A DNA stretch of 64,000 nt from the NCBI RefSeq assembly GCF_009914755.1, contig NC_060930.1; one strand, 5' to 3'. Below are positions 28,016-42,050 of the stretch, piece after piece. Position 1 is the first letter of the stretch, and every line of letters begins with the position of its first letter. A program made the translations under genes and the position numbers. Under the pieces are notes generated by a model. That model was not told the DNA's origin. It did not search any database and was given only the letters and a program-made list of their open reading frames with translations. Source of the DNA: the human T2T-CHM13v2.0 reference genome, Homo sapiens.

Positions 28016-29751
28016 AATGCTCCTAATCCCTCTCCTTGCTGCGTTTTCTTGGAACTGTGCACTGTGAGAAAACGTTTTCTGCAAGCACATGTTTGCATCC
28101 TCTTAACCAGCTCCTCCTCAGAGGGGATCCTCCTACACCAGAGCTCCTGGAGAACGTTCCATGGGAGTCCCAAGGGCCAAAGCTGGGGTTCCCTAGCTGT
28201 GGAGGGGGAGGCAGCCCTTCATTAGCAGAGCCTTCTCTTCTGGCCACCTGCAGGGTATCTGGCTCTTCCTGACTACCATCTCAGCAGGTTCTCAATGTAT
28301 ATTGAGCCCTCATCTTCACCATTATCACAGTGTTCCCCTCCTGACCAACCTTATTACCACCTCTCTGTCACAAGCTAAAGATAAAACTAAATTATAATTG
28401 CGCTAGCCTTCATAACAGCATGACCGTCCTGCCTGGTTTGAAACAACTTACGTCAGAAAATAGGGCCAAAGAGGAGCAAGTGTACACAGATAAGAAGGGA
28501 GGAGAAACATTGGTATGCATTTTATACAGGGGCCACTGATGTGGACACCATGTGGGGGACAAAGTAGTTATTTGCCTAAGAGCTTGTGCAAGAAATGCAC
28601 ACGCAAACCCACACACACACACCACCAACACCACCACCACCACTACGAGACATTCCTCATTACATAATCTTAAAGACCAAAGACAGTATTACTTGATATG
28701 ATCAGCATAATCTCATATAGAAGAATATTGAATCATTACTTCCAAAATTTGAAACAACTCTCATAATTTGAATGATATCCTTTAAAAAGAAAAAACAGCA
28801 AAACAAAACTTTTTTCATGCACACCACTAAGAAAAGCATGGGAGCTTAGGGTCATCTATATGCATAATACTGATTTCAAATGCATGCCCTTGGGAAATTC
28901 CCCTAGTCCTTTGGAGCAGGTTCTCCAAGAAATTCTGTTCCCTTTTCTAGTCATTCCTTCACAAGCTTCATAAGTGGAATGACAGTCCTCCTAAATTAAG
29001 TACTATATACTTCAGGCTAATTTTATGTTTTTTATGACAATAGCAGGGCAGTCTTAGCAGCCTGTTATTTTGTCAGCTTTCTCATTTAGCAAAGCAGCTT
29101 CAATTTATTAACAGGGAGGAGTGTGCATGAATCAATATGTTTCATTGGGCAATGTGTCATTTGTTAATCGGATATTGATGAGATTATTGACGCACAGCTA
29201 ATTAATCTCAAGCGCAGTGCTAGCCTTCATATGTTTCCTTAATTATGTCCTTCATCTTAGTCTCCCGGCCATAGCACCCAGGCTCGGAACTGCAGACAGT
29301 GAGTGAGGTAAGCTGTCAGAGGTTCTTTTCACACGTTTACAATCCCTTGGCAGTGAAATTATTTTCTTGGTTGTAAATAGGTATCAGAGAGATATTTAAT
29401 AAAATTTGGCAGCAGATTGATATTGATTGGTGTGGACTTGCTTCAAATCCAGCAGCCACAGAGTTTTACCTCAGAAGGAGACTATTAAAAAAGAGAATGC
29501 TTAATTGGAATTAAACAATTGCATGAGTCAGTTGCCATCTGCCCTCTGGAATTTAAAAATAGTTCTTCTACAGACATCATTCACACGTCCTCAGTTGAAT
29601 ATTTCAGATAATTTTTGCTTTATTTTGTTTTTTTACTTAAACTCTTTATCACCACTTTTCTTAGCCATGGACAGTATATTCATGGGAATAGAAAATTCAG
29701 GACCCAAACCTCTGATAGGTTTCAAAAATTGATACAGTCATAATTAAGTAA

Positions 29752-30112
<361 letters not shown>

Positions 30113-30169
30113 AACAAAGTCTACTTTCCCATCTGCTTCAAGTCTTCCTGGACTTCTCAAAGTATAAAG

Positions 30170-30365
30170 CACAAGTTCTAGCCCTGTTCATTAGCTCTGT
30201 CACCCTTCTATATGTGACAATCGTTCTGAGCCTTAATTTACTCATCTGTAAAATGGGGCCAGTGATAGCTGACTTGATTAACTCTCAGGATTGCTGTGAG
30301 GATATGTACTTGTGTGAAAATACTTAGGATGTCTAGTATGCTATCTGATTACTAGACGTTATTTG
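30170..30365 (+). mobile_element. MIR
   Basis: ctgagccttaatttactcatctgtaaaatgggg...ggattgctgtgaggat. Confidence 0.7.
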
Positions 30366-31558
30366 TGTTGGTATAAATATTATTTATCAGAGTTCCAGAG
30401 TTTATTTCAAACCGGTTAAAGCAAAGTACTAGCCTGTTATAATTTTTAGCTTATTACTATAATTAGCCTGTTACTGTATTTATGTCCATTTATTAATTCT
30501 TTACATAAGGTTACATGGCATAGTGTAGCAAAAAGTGAGTACAGCAAGCTCCTTTAGCACTTCAACAAGTCTGATTTAAAATGTAATTTCCTAGAAGTAT
30601 GGATTTTAATAAGAGGCCCTCTTGAAATGTTTCAATATGTATCCTTGTAAAGCCTCCTTGTAAAGAAAAGGGTATTTAAACAATCAGCGTTTTGAATCCG
30701 GATCTAGACTGAAAGGCAATACGTGAATTTGCCAGCTACTGTTTCCTCATAGGGAACATTAGACAGTGACCCCTTTTTTCTTCCTAACTTTAGACTACTG
30801 TTGAGTCTAACAGGAACAATTTCAATACATACATGATTGTTTGACCAAAAAAAGTTTCTCTGTCTCCATGGTGTGGGTATACATGGGAGGATTAAGATGA
30901 TAAAAAAATAATTTAAGAGATGAAGATTAAGAAAACAGATAAGGAATAGAATGAGAAAGACATGACCCAATGAAAGTTGTCCAAAAATTCCCGTTCTTAT
31001 AGCACTGCACTGGGGAGATGTGTAAGGACGTTAAGGGTTTCATTCAGGGCAGCAAGTTCTTCACTAAATATTGCTCTTTTATTCTGCAATTAGAAACTCT
31101 GCAGAGGGAACTAAATGACTATCAGGACATCACTCATATGTTCTTCTCTCCAGCACAGGGCCCTGCACATAGTAGGTGTTCAATTTTTTAAAAATTGATT
31201 GTGTCTATCTGGACATCTGGGGAAATATTGTTGCTCAGGAAATGAAATGGTCAGTGTTACTAAAAGCAATCTTGGGGTGACTTCAGGTGTTTTACTCCAT
31301 GTCATTTACGTAGATCAGGGGAGAGAAGAGAGATGTCATCAGTAGCGTCATGAATATAGCTTTAATATCATTGTGTTAACTTGAACTTCTCTCCAGAAGG
31401 CCAATCAGATACCCTGTTAAATGTTAATGTTTCCTAAGCCTCATGGGCATGCCACCATGGTCTGCTCTTCCCACTCCACACTCCCAAGAGTGGCATTATT
31501 CACACCCTAGCTTCAAATTCCATCTATATGTTGATGACACTCAACCTTACTTCCAGAC

Positions 31559-31745
31559 AATTAGCCGGGCATGGTGGCAGGTGCCTGTAATCCCAGCTAC
31601 TTGAGAAGCTGAGGCAGGAGAATCGCTTCAACCCTGGAGGTGGAGGTTGCAGTGAGCCTAGATCACGCCAATGCACTCCAGCCTGGGCAACAAGAGTGAA
31701 TCTCCATCTCAAACAAAACAAAACAAAACGAAAAACCACAAAAAC
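31559..31745 (+). mobile_element. AluSq/Sp right arm only, with (caaaa)n tail
   Basis: Begins at aattagccgggc; contains caacaagagtgaatctcc. Confidence 0.88.
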
Positions 31746-31839
31746 TTGTCTATGAAATACCAAACCCATGTTTCTATCTTCCTCTAGAAAATTTCCACTT
31801 AAATTTCCTATAAGCAGCACAGAATCTTTCTCACTCACC

Positions 31840-32527
<688 letters not shown>

Positions 32528-33084
32528 TGACATCCTAACTCTCTATCAAACCCTCTCCCTTTTTCCTCGCCTTGGTCAATGACCTGCGTCATTTTCCCCA
32601 TCCCCTTCATGCTGTCTGGCCTGGAATGCTCACCATCAGAACCAAGCCTACTTGTTCTCTGGTCTCAGTGTAATGTCACTTCCTCTGGTACATACTCCAA
32701 AACCCCACCCACAAGTCTGGGTTCTATACAAAGGTACTCTCGTATCATCCCAAGCTAATCGTATCATACAACTTTTATAAAAACCTGTTTATTTGTCTAG
32801 AGCCTTTAGCTGCAGTTTCCTTGAGAAAAGGAACTGTGTACTTGCTGTTCTTCCCGTTCACTATTCTATGTCCAAGCCTAGCAGAGTTCCTCGAATATAC
32901 AGGTATTCATAAACGCTCACCAAATTAACTTCACTCTACTGGGATGTGCTCATTATCTTCCCACCAGATATATGTTCTTCCTTTAACTTCCTTCTATTTT
33001 GGTTAATATACTCAGCTGTCCAATCATAAACAACGCTTTTTAAAAATTTCTATTTTTCTCCCATTTAGTAGTTGGCTAGACCTT

Positions 33085-33605
<521 letters not shown>

Positions 33606-33609
33606 CCCA

Positions 33610-34263
33610 CCCTCACTGATTGTGATACCTGGCCTGGCCTCGTGGCCCCTGGTTACACAGTGGGCCCACCACCTCTGCCTTCCCCTCAAATTAATTCTCC
33701 ACACTTCTGCAGAAACACTTTTCCTACAACATAAATATGATCAGGTCACTCCTCTACTTAAAAACTTACACTCCTGCTCAGCATCTACATAGCCAAGACC
33801 TCACTCCCTACTATGGTTTCTAAGGCCCTTCAACAGCCCAGCCCTGCCTCTCAAGCCTCCTTCCCACCACGCCCTTGACCATTCAAGGCTCTGGCTATGT
33901 TGTACCTCCTGCAGCTGTGACTCTTTAACCTCTTCTCATGCTGTTCCTGCTGCCTAGGCTGCACTCAACTACCTTGTGTGTTTGGCAAACTTCTGGACGT
34001 CATTTGAGTTTCAGTTCAAATACCTAATCCTTGCTAAAGTGTTGCCTGACTTCTTGTCACTGAAGAGTTCCTCTCCTGTGCCCTCACCATCATCATCCTC
34101 ACACAGCAATCACAGTGCTTATAATGTTCCTGTATTTTGGGGTTTTCCTGTGTCTCCTCCACCTCACTGAGTCCTTCAAGGGCAGAGACAGTGTGCCTGT
34201 CATCAGGCATGTCATATGCTGAGTGTTATTGAAGTATTGGCTGAAAGAATAAATGAATGAATG
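33610..34263 (+). mobile_element. L2 3' end
   Basis: tgatcaggtcactcctctacttaaaaac...aaggcccttc...agggcagagacagtgt...ends aatgaatgaatg. Confidence 0.8.
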
Positions 34264-36144
34264 TGTGGGAGTGAATGAGGCTACAACCACTCACTAATAA
34301 AATGAGTTTTTCAACCATGATGGTCATGGAGATGACAGTAATACCACAGTGGCCAAGACATTAGTGATTCCTTATGGTAGAGATCATCCAGGGACATCCC
34401 ACAGGTCTACTGAGGTACAGGTTTTGCCCTCTTCCTATATCATGTTTTCATGGAGGTCAAACCAGGTTTAAATTAGCCACAAGAATCTGAAATAGAAAAT
34501 AGAGTCATAGAATAGGATCTACCTTCTTAGGCATGTATACAATAAGAGAGTGTAATCATACTTGCTTTGTTCACTGACAACAGAAAATTTACAGCCAATT
34601 CTATTGTGGCTTCAGATTGTTTACTACAACGACCATTTCTTCTTTCATGACAATTGTGTCTCTTAAATCAACAGCAATATGACTGCTAACATAATTCAGA
34701 TCCTCAGTGAATAACCCAATTCAGTGTACCTACAATAGTGCACCTGTTTGTTGTACACAAGTTGCCTCCTGCTAAGTTTTATTTCTTTCATCTGCTGATC
34801 TTATTCAGCAGATCAGCAGATATGATGCTATGATTAGCAGATTCTCTCTGCCAATCTAGGACTTGGACCTCACTTTCATTCCAAAAACCTTCCTCTTGTC
34901 AAGAGGTGTAGCCAATCTGTTAATTCTCTCCATGAAAAAAAAAAAAAAAGCGAATATCAGAAACTCCTAGTTTTCCTTTTGCAGTCTCACTGGTCAGTTG
35001 ACAGATAATATAAAACATTAACAAGAAATGTATTCAGGAGATGCTCCTTAGGTATGCATTTTGGTTCATTCTGACCCCAGCAAGGATATCAAAGATGGCC
35101 CAGACAAAATCAGACTCGCGTAACTCCACTGCAGAGAATCTGAGACTGAACTCAAAGAAAAAGCAATCACAGATCTATTATCTCCAAGACTTTCCCAAAC
35201 CCTAGTGAGATAATCCGTAGAAACCAGCTACAAATTCACCTGCAGGCTATTGATCATAGATCCTACAAGCAGGCCGTACCAGCCATTCTCAGCTAACTCT
35301 ATGTAAGGTGGCTGATAATTACATGGTAATCTAGAAATGGCTGATGGTCAAGATGGGTCTAGTTCAGATCACAAATGACCTATTTACCATAATAGAGAGG
35401 AAACTGTGGTTATATGCTAGAATTCATACTTTCAAACAAGTAGAGGGAGATAAAATTTAAATAATGTAGCCAAGAATTGAACCAGATATAGATATACACA
35501 TATAAAAGCAAACACACACTATTAACACTATTAACAGATGGTTATCTGCTTCATTCTAGTGTTCTAATAAGACCATAATATTGGAAAAAATTATAGTTTT
35601 TCTTCTAATACCAACATAGTATAACAAAACAAAGGAGAACAAGAACACATATTGTAGGTATTAGCAATCTAACTGGCAGCTGTAATATATGAATTAGGCC
35701 AATTTAGAAGGAGCTAGGCAGCTCCTTCTTTTTTTTTTTTTTTTTTTTGCAGCTCAAATAACTCGTGAAAGATTCTAAGAAGTCTTCCTCATCACGAAAA
35801 GAATAATAATTTTTGTTAAACCAAGCCTAGACATCAATATAAATGATAACAAATGAAGAATGTTAGGATTTACTTAGAATGACATTAATAGAAACAAAAA
35901 GTGGGCCATAAATGTAATGTTAAATTTTCTAGTAGCCACATTTGTAAAAGGATATTTTAAGTTAAAAATAATTTTAATAATATATTTTATTTAACTCAAT
36001 ATTTCAAAATCATTTAAGCAGGTAATCAACATAAAAAATTAACAAGCTGTTTAATATTCTTATTTTGTATGAAATCTCCAAAACCAGGTATGTATTTTAC
36101 ACTTAGATCATATATTAGTTTTCATTGAAAATATTGAGCTGTAT

Positions 36145-36288
36145 TTATTTAGTTCCAGCTTCATTGAGATATAACTGACAAAAATTATATATATTCAAAG
36201 TGTAGAATGTGATGACTTGTACATATACACTGCAAAACGATTACCACAATGAAATTAATTAACACATCCATCACCACACTTGCTACCA

Positions 36289-36330
<42 letters not shown>

Positions 36331-36490
36331 TATGTGTATATGGTGAGATCGCTTAAGAGATACCCTCTTAGCAAATTTCAAGTGAACAATACAAAATTAT
36401 TAGCTAGTCACCATGCTGTACATTAGATCTTCAGAACATTCATCTTATAACTGAAAATTTATACCCTTTAACCATTTTCTTCACCTCTCA
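36145..36490 (-). mobile_element. L1MA9/10-like 3' end nested in Charlie1, with (TG)n at 36290-36328
   Basis: ttaacacatccatcacc...ctcttagcaaatttcaag...gtcaccatgctgtacattagatc; flanked by ctgtattta. Confidence 0.85.
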
Positions 36491-37096
36491 ATAAACTGTA
36501 TTTAGATTTCATGAAATTTAAAGTTGAAAACGTAAATTCACATAACCATGTTTTTCCAATAATCTTACAAGTTTTTAGTAACTAAATCAAATACCAAAAA
36601 ATCATTTTTCTACAGTTTTTATAACTAAATTAACAAAACTGATTCCTCTCTTTTGGAAAGACTTATTTGTCTTGCATCAGAAGCATATCAGTTTCAGAAT
36701 CATGTCTGTCCAAGTTGAGCAAATTCACTAACTCTTGTGTCAACTCAGTATTATTAACATTGACTTCAAAAATGTATTGCATAAACTGAAATGCAATTTT
36801 AAATTTGTCAATACCAACAAAGCGTTCTACAATTTTCTTATAGTTTATTTAGCCAATTTACACAATGCTGTTGATTACAATTAAAATATTCTGCATATTG
36901 ATTTATGTTAGAAAAAAAGTATAAAATCATTTTTACTGACCATGAAGTCGTTATTATTGATTTCAACGTAAATTCTTAGACTTGCCTACTGAGATCACAA
37001 ATAAGCTTTTCCTTTCTTAGAAGCTTTAGATATGGCTCATTTATATGCAATGTAGTTTGGTGAGAAAATATAAATCACATTGCCATTTTTGCTTTT

Positions 37097-37148
37097 TTAA
37101 AAATATTTGTGGGTATATAGTAGGTATATATATTTCTGGGGTACATGT
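37097..37148 (-). mobile_element. 52-bp L1MA/L1PB 3' stub nested in Charlie1
   Basis: tttgtgggtatatagtaggtatatatatttctggggtacatg; 12-bp TSD atttttgctttt. Confidence 0.8.
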
Positions 37149-40100
37149 ATTTTTGCTTTTGATTTTTGATATTGAATACATTGAGCATTCTTTTTATTGG
37201 AGTTAACAGCACAGTAAGTCTTTGTAAAATTATTTCATGATTCCACCAATGAGCACCAGAAAAGAACACAAGATCATTAAATTCATTGCCTTCTGTCTCT
37301 TTCCAAAGTTGCACAAACTGGAGATAATCCCTGACATTTGCAAATCTATATGGAATGATTTTAGTAACCATATCCATGACAGTCTTCACAGAATCGATTT
37401 CAGAAATGTTTGCACAAATATACAGTGAAAGAAATAAGGGAAATAGTATTTTGCTTTAATATGCCAGCAAAATTTGATTTTTTATCAAATACAGTTAGAA
37501 CACTGTCCATCATAATAAAAAAGCTAATATTTTAATATCTAGGTTAAATTCTTTGATAGATGTAAGAAGAAAAATATAAATTTTAAAAGCTATGAATTAA
37601 CATTTATTTACAAATTTGGAAGTCCTTTGAGACAAAATGTAGCAAAGTATTGAAAGGGCAGTGTCTCATATCACACAACTCATCCAAAGCTAAAAAATAG
37701 TACTTGAAGTTTTTAAAATGTTGAATAAATTGGTCTTTAGTTAAGTCTTATATTCTACAGACAAATAATTATTTGGTAGCTTAACTGAAGACCTTTTACT
37801 TTGTATGAAATATTGCTTAGCCTTATCCTCATAATATTCTAACAACATTTCCATAACTAAAATAATAATATATTTTACTCTCACTCCAGCTAGAAGTGGG
37901 GTTTGTGGGTGGTGTTGTTGACAGAAAACTTCTTATCAAATTCGCTATATGCTTTCTGAATATGTCTCTTTATGTTTCCAACTTTGCCATCTTAAAAATT
38001 TGTTTATACAGCAAAGAAACCAGCTTCTCCAATTAGCTCTGCTGCAGCAAGTTACAATTGCCATTCTTGGTGAAACTGGTGACACACCTTCTTCTAATCT
38101 AGAAGACTAGATCAGTGATGTGTTTCTGTGAAACAGCCCACGTGCCCAAAAGGCTCACAATACAACAGTAATATCTTACACAATTCAGCCATTCACAAGA
38201 AATGTATTCCTACCAAACAACGAAGTTGTGTTTAGTGGAAAATAGTCTGCTCTACTTCCGATTTCAAAATTGAATTAAAATAAATTGCAATTAAATAAAA
38301 CGTGAAATTCAATTCCTCAGTAGCACTAGCTACATTTCAAGTTCTCCATTCTCACAGGTGGCTGGTGGCTACCTACATATTAGATACCTAGAACCTTTGA
38401 TGATTCAAGGTAGAAAGCAGGGAGGGGAAAAAAGGAAGAGCGGAAGGTAAGAGCCAGTTCTTGGTTTAAACACTAACTGTAGTTAGATTAAAACAAATGT
38501 CTTTACTCAAATACTCATTTAATGCAGACCTGGATAAGCTCAGAATATATACTAATGTATGCCATTTCAACAACCACAATTTAAAATAATTGTCAACTAT
38601 CTTTTAGTTACGTATATAATAGTAGGAATAATTTATAATGTCAACATATTGAACACTGTCCATTTTTCCACAATAAAATTGGAAGTGCACATTTGAAACC
38701 CATATGAAAGGCACTAGTTCTTACACCAACTGGCCTACCAATCCTTTAGAGGTCTCACAGGAAGCTCAAAGGTGTTATTTCCAAAGTTAACTCATCATCT
38801 CTAAAAAATCACCCTGCTCCTCTTCATGTGCTCCTATATCCAGTATCTAGCACAGTGGCTGATACACATTAGAGCCTTCAACAAATCGCTGCTGAATGAT
38901 TCAATAAGTGAACTTACTTGCATTCGTAAGCTGAAGTTCTTAAGTACTTATACAAGTTGATAAACTCAAATTTTATACGTTTTAAGTATATACAAAAAGT
39001 TACCTGTCATTTTAAATTTATAACGGAGGGAAAGGGAAAAGCTTATAAAAATAAATTCCACAGTAAAGTCAAGAAATCTGATACCAACAATTGCATACCA
39101 CACTGAAACTGCAAGCCAATCAGATAGAGTTCTTCAACACCATTATCTTGGACTATCTATTGCCACAAAGATTAAATCATTGCTTACTTTTTTTGCATTT
39201 ATCATATTTTACAGCGTAGTAAGAATAAGTGAGAAGGGACCCATGACCTCTACTTTTGAGATAATTGGCAGTGCTTGTTGAAATTTGGTTTCAAGTTTAA
39301 AAACAAAGACTGGATATCATTAACTCATGGAACTGATTATTTCATTCATACCGAGAACCTCCTCAATGTGATGGGTATAAAATGCCAGAAAAAAAAAAGG
39401 GAGAAAAAAGGGTTTCTTTTGAGAGTAATGAAATATTACCCTGTTCTTTTAACCCCATTTTCTGTTACAGTCGGCAACCAATGAAATGAGTACGGGCCAG
39501 TCTCAATGAACTGAACCACAAGTTGGATTTCTTTGACACATTAAAACTTCAACGTGCCTTCAACCATACTAAGGCATTAGATTTTCTCAAAACTTTTATG
39601 AAGAGTCTAGGACAGACATAGTTAACTTCTTCCATCTAACGGAGAAACAAAGACACAAGATGTCAGACATCAAATAAATCATGCAATTAGATGAACACAG
39701 TTTCAAAGAATTCAGATCTCTTCCCTGAAAGGCTAACACTCTGCTGGACCCCATTTATAGCAAAGCCTAATATTGACAGATTCTGTGGGGACAAGAGAAA
39801 TTCTCACCCAAAGTAAAGAAAGTTGAGGACAAAATGTGAACCTAGGGAAAAAAAATGAGTTTGAGTTGCTTAGAAATAGTGACATGAGAAGGTGAAAAGC
39901 AGATCTCAGAAAGTCCAAAATAATTCTGTTGCTGGCAGCACTTTGGGACTTTTAAGCACCTAACAATATAGGAAGGGGAAGGAAAACGTGACGTGACCCA
40001 AATGAAACGATTTCACTTAATGAATTTGGACAAGCCATGTTTCCTCAAAGCATTCCATTAACCATGTTTTGTCCCATCACTTATGTAAAAATATCGTATT

Positions 40101-41909
40101 ATATAAGTGCCTACGTTTAGACATGTAGATAATTAAAAGAGGTTTAATGTCCATTTGGTTTTACAAAGTTATGACATTTCCTATACAAAGTCAGGGGCTT
40201 ATTTCCTCCCTAATTCATTTGGTAACTTGCCTTGATGGTAATATGAGTTGTGTGTTTTAAGATATTATTTGTTTAGCCTAGGGGTAATGTAAATTCTAAA
40301 ATTTAACTCTAACGATCTGAATAATAACACACTATATTTATACATGGCCAACTTACTGCCATTTATATTTTGTTTTCTCTATACTTTTGACTAGAGTATT
40401 GGGGGAAAAATGCCCCAAGAAGAGACCTCCAACGAACAATTTTATGTGCACAATGACTACTACTGGCTTCCTACAAGTTTTTTCTCTGCATACCACTGGA
40501 TACATTCTGTATACCCAACATTTGAAAGTAGTTTTCTATTTTACATTTTCTTAATTCTAATTAAACAAATCTTAATCTTGACTTTAATGGCTGCAATTAT
40601 GATACTTCATTATGTTAAATGTTAGTTGCAACATAAGAATAAATTGTATAAACAGTTTAGCTGCAATTGCATGGTGTCTAACTGTACATTACTCATTAAC
40701 AAGATGTGGGTAGCAGCAATTATAACATTTCCTCCTAATGTCCCCATTTATTGAGTCTCAGCAGCAAGCCCCCTTTCACATCGCACACTGATTGACGATA
40801 GCAGCTTTTGAGCTCATGGAGAACAGGCACTATAACCCGCTGTGTGCCTCCAACTCAAATCGATGAAAGTACACATTAGCTCTTAGCCTCACGGGCCGGA
40901 GTTCTTGAAGGTCAAAATAGCCATCAGCATCACTGTAGGGTATAAAAATCATTTCACAAACTGTGAACAAAAACAACACAACTTGCTTTGCAGTTTGATT
41001 ATTGTTTATAGATACAGCAAGCCAAGAATTAAAGCATAGCCTTGGGGCAGCATAATTATTTACAGCTGAAGACTCATATCATTATTAGCGGTCTCCTAAT
41101 TGCTTGAAGTTATATCAATGTTAGTTGATTTAACACATTTCTTATAACATATATGGAAATTGTTTCCTCTGCATATGGAGTGTCAGTTTATCTGGGAGAT
41201 GGTTTCTTAATTTATCAAAGTTTTTTTTTCTTCTAATTGTTCTTTTTTTCTTTGAAGGAAGATTTTCCCTTAGCCATAAGCAGGGAGAAGAGTTGAAGCT
41301 GAGCTTTAATTTATCTACTGTATCTTAATGCTAGAAATACTAGGATCATTTTTGTTTGCTTGTTTTCATTAAAAATTGAATCCATAAAGCTACAACAATA
41401 TCTTCCATTGGAAAATGTATCAAACTTTCCTCCAGATGGTTCATACACACCTTTTCTTCTTAGGTACCTAACCTGAAATTTTAACATTAAGAGCACAACC
41501 ACGTAGCTCATAAAAGTGCTAGTGATGTTGAAGTCATGAAAATCTTCATACATTGTAAAATGTCAAATCTTGATCCATTGGTCATATATTTTATATATGC
41601 ATAAGGAAGATAAAGCTAAATATGCAGCTATAATATAGATGAAAACTTACAGTAATATTGAAGAAGAAAATTAAAGAGAAACATTCAGGTAATACTGTTG
41701 TGGGTAGAGTTTGGAATTTGTAAGGGTAAAAATGAACTCCTATTTTTTACGGTATTCTCTACCTGGATGAAATTATCCTTTTTCTGTAATATATTTTCTA
41801 CCTATAGGTGGCGACACTTGTACTGTTTCCTTTTGAACTGTTCTTTGTGCCTGGGAACAAATGGACTGCTGCTAGGGGAAGACAAGAATTGAACTTAGAG
41901 ACCATGGTG

Positions 41910-42050
41910 TCAAAGCCTTTCAAGGCTAGAAAAGATCTTAGGACCAAGTAGTCAATTCCTGCAACATACGATATCTGAGAAATAAGGCCCCAAGAGACTC
42001 AGCTAAATGCCCAAGATCACACTACCAGTTAGTGATAGACCTGGAAAAAT
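41910..42050 (-). mobile_element. MIR3/MIRc fragment
   Basis: aaatgcccaagatcacactaccagttagtgatagacctgg. Confidence 0.6.

Larger units (their letters stand above)
35875..38391 (-). mobile_element. Charlie1 hAT transposon with decayed transposase
   Basis: MER33/Charlie1-type termini at both ends. ORF 37075..37389 (-) MKTVMDMVTKII...DLVFFSGAHWWNHEIILQRL aligns by eye to the Charlie/Buster MxxVVKIVNxI...DL...RWLSRGxVLxR region. Confidence 0.85.
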
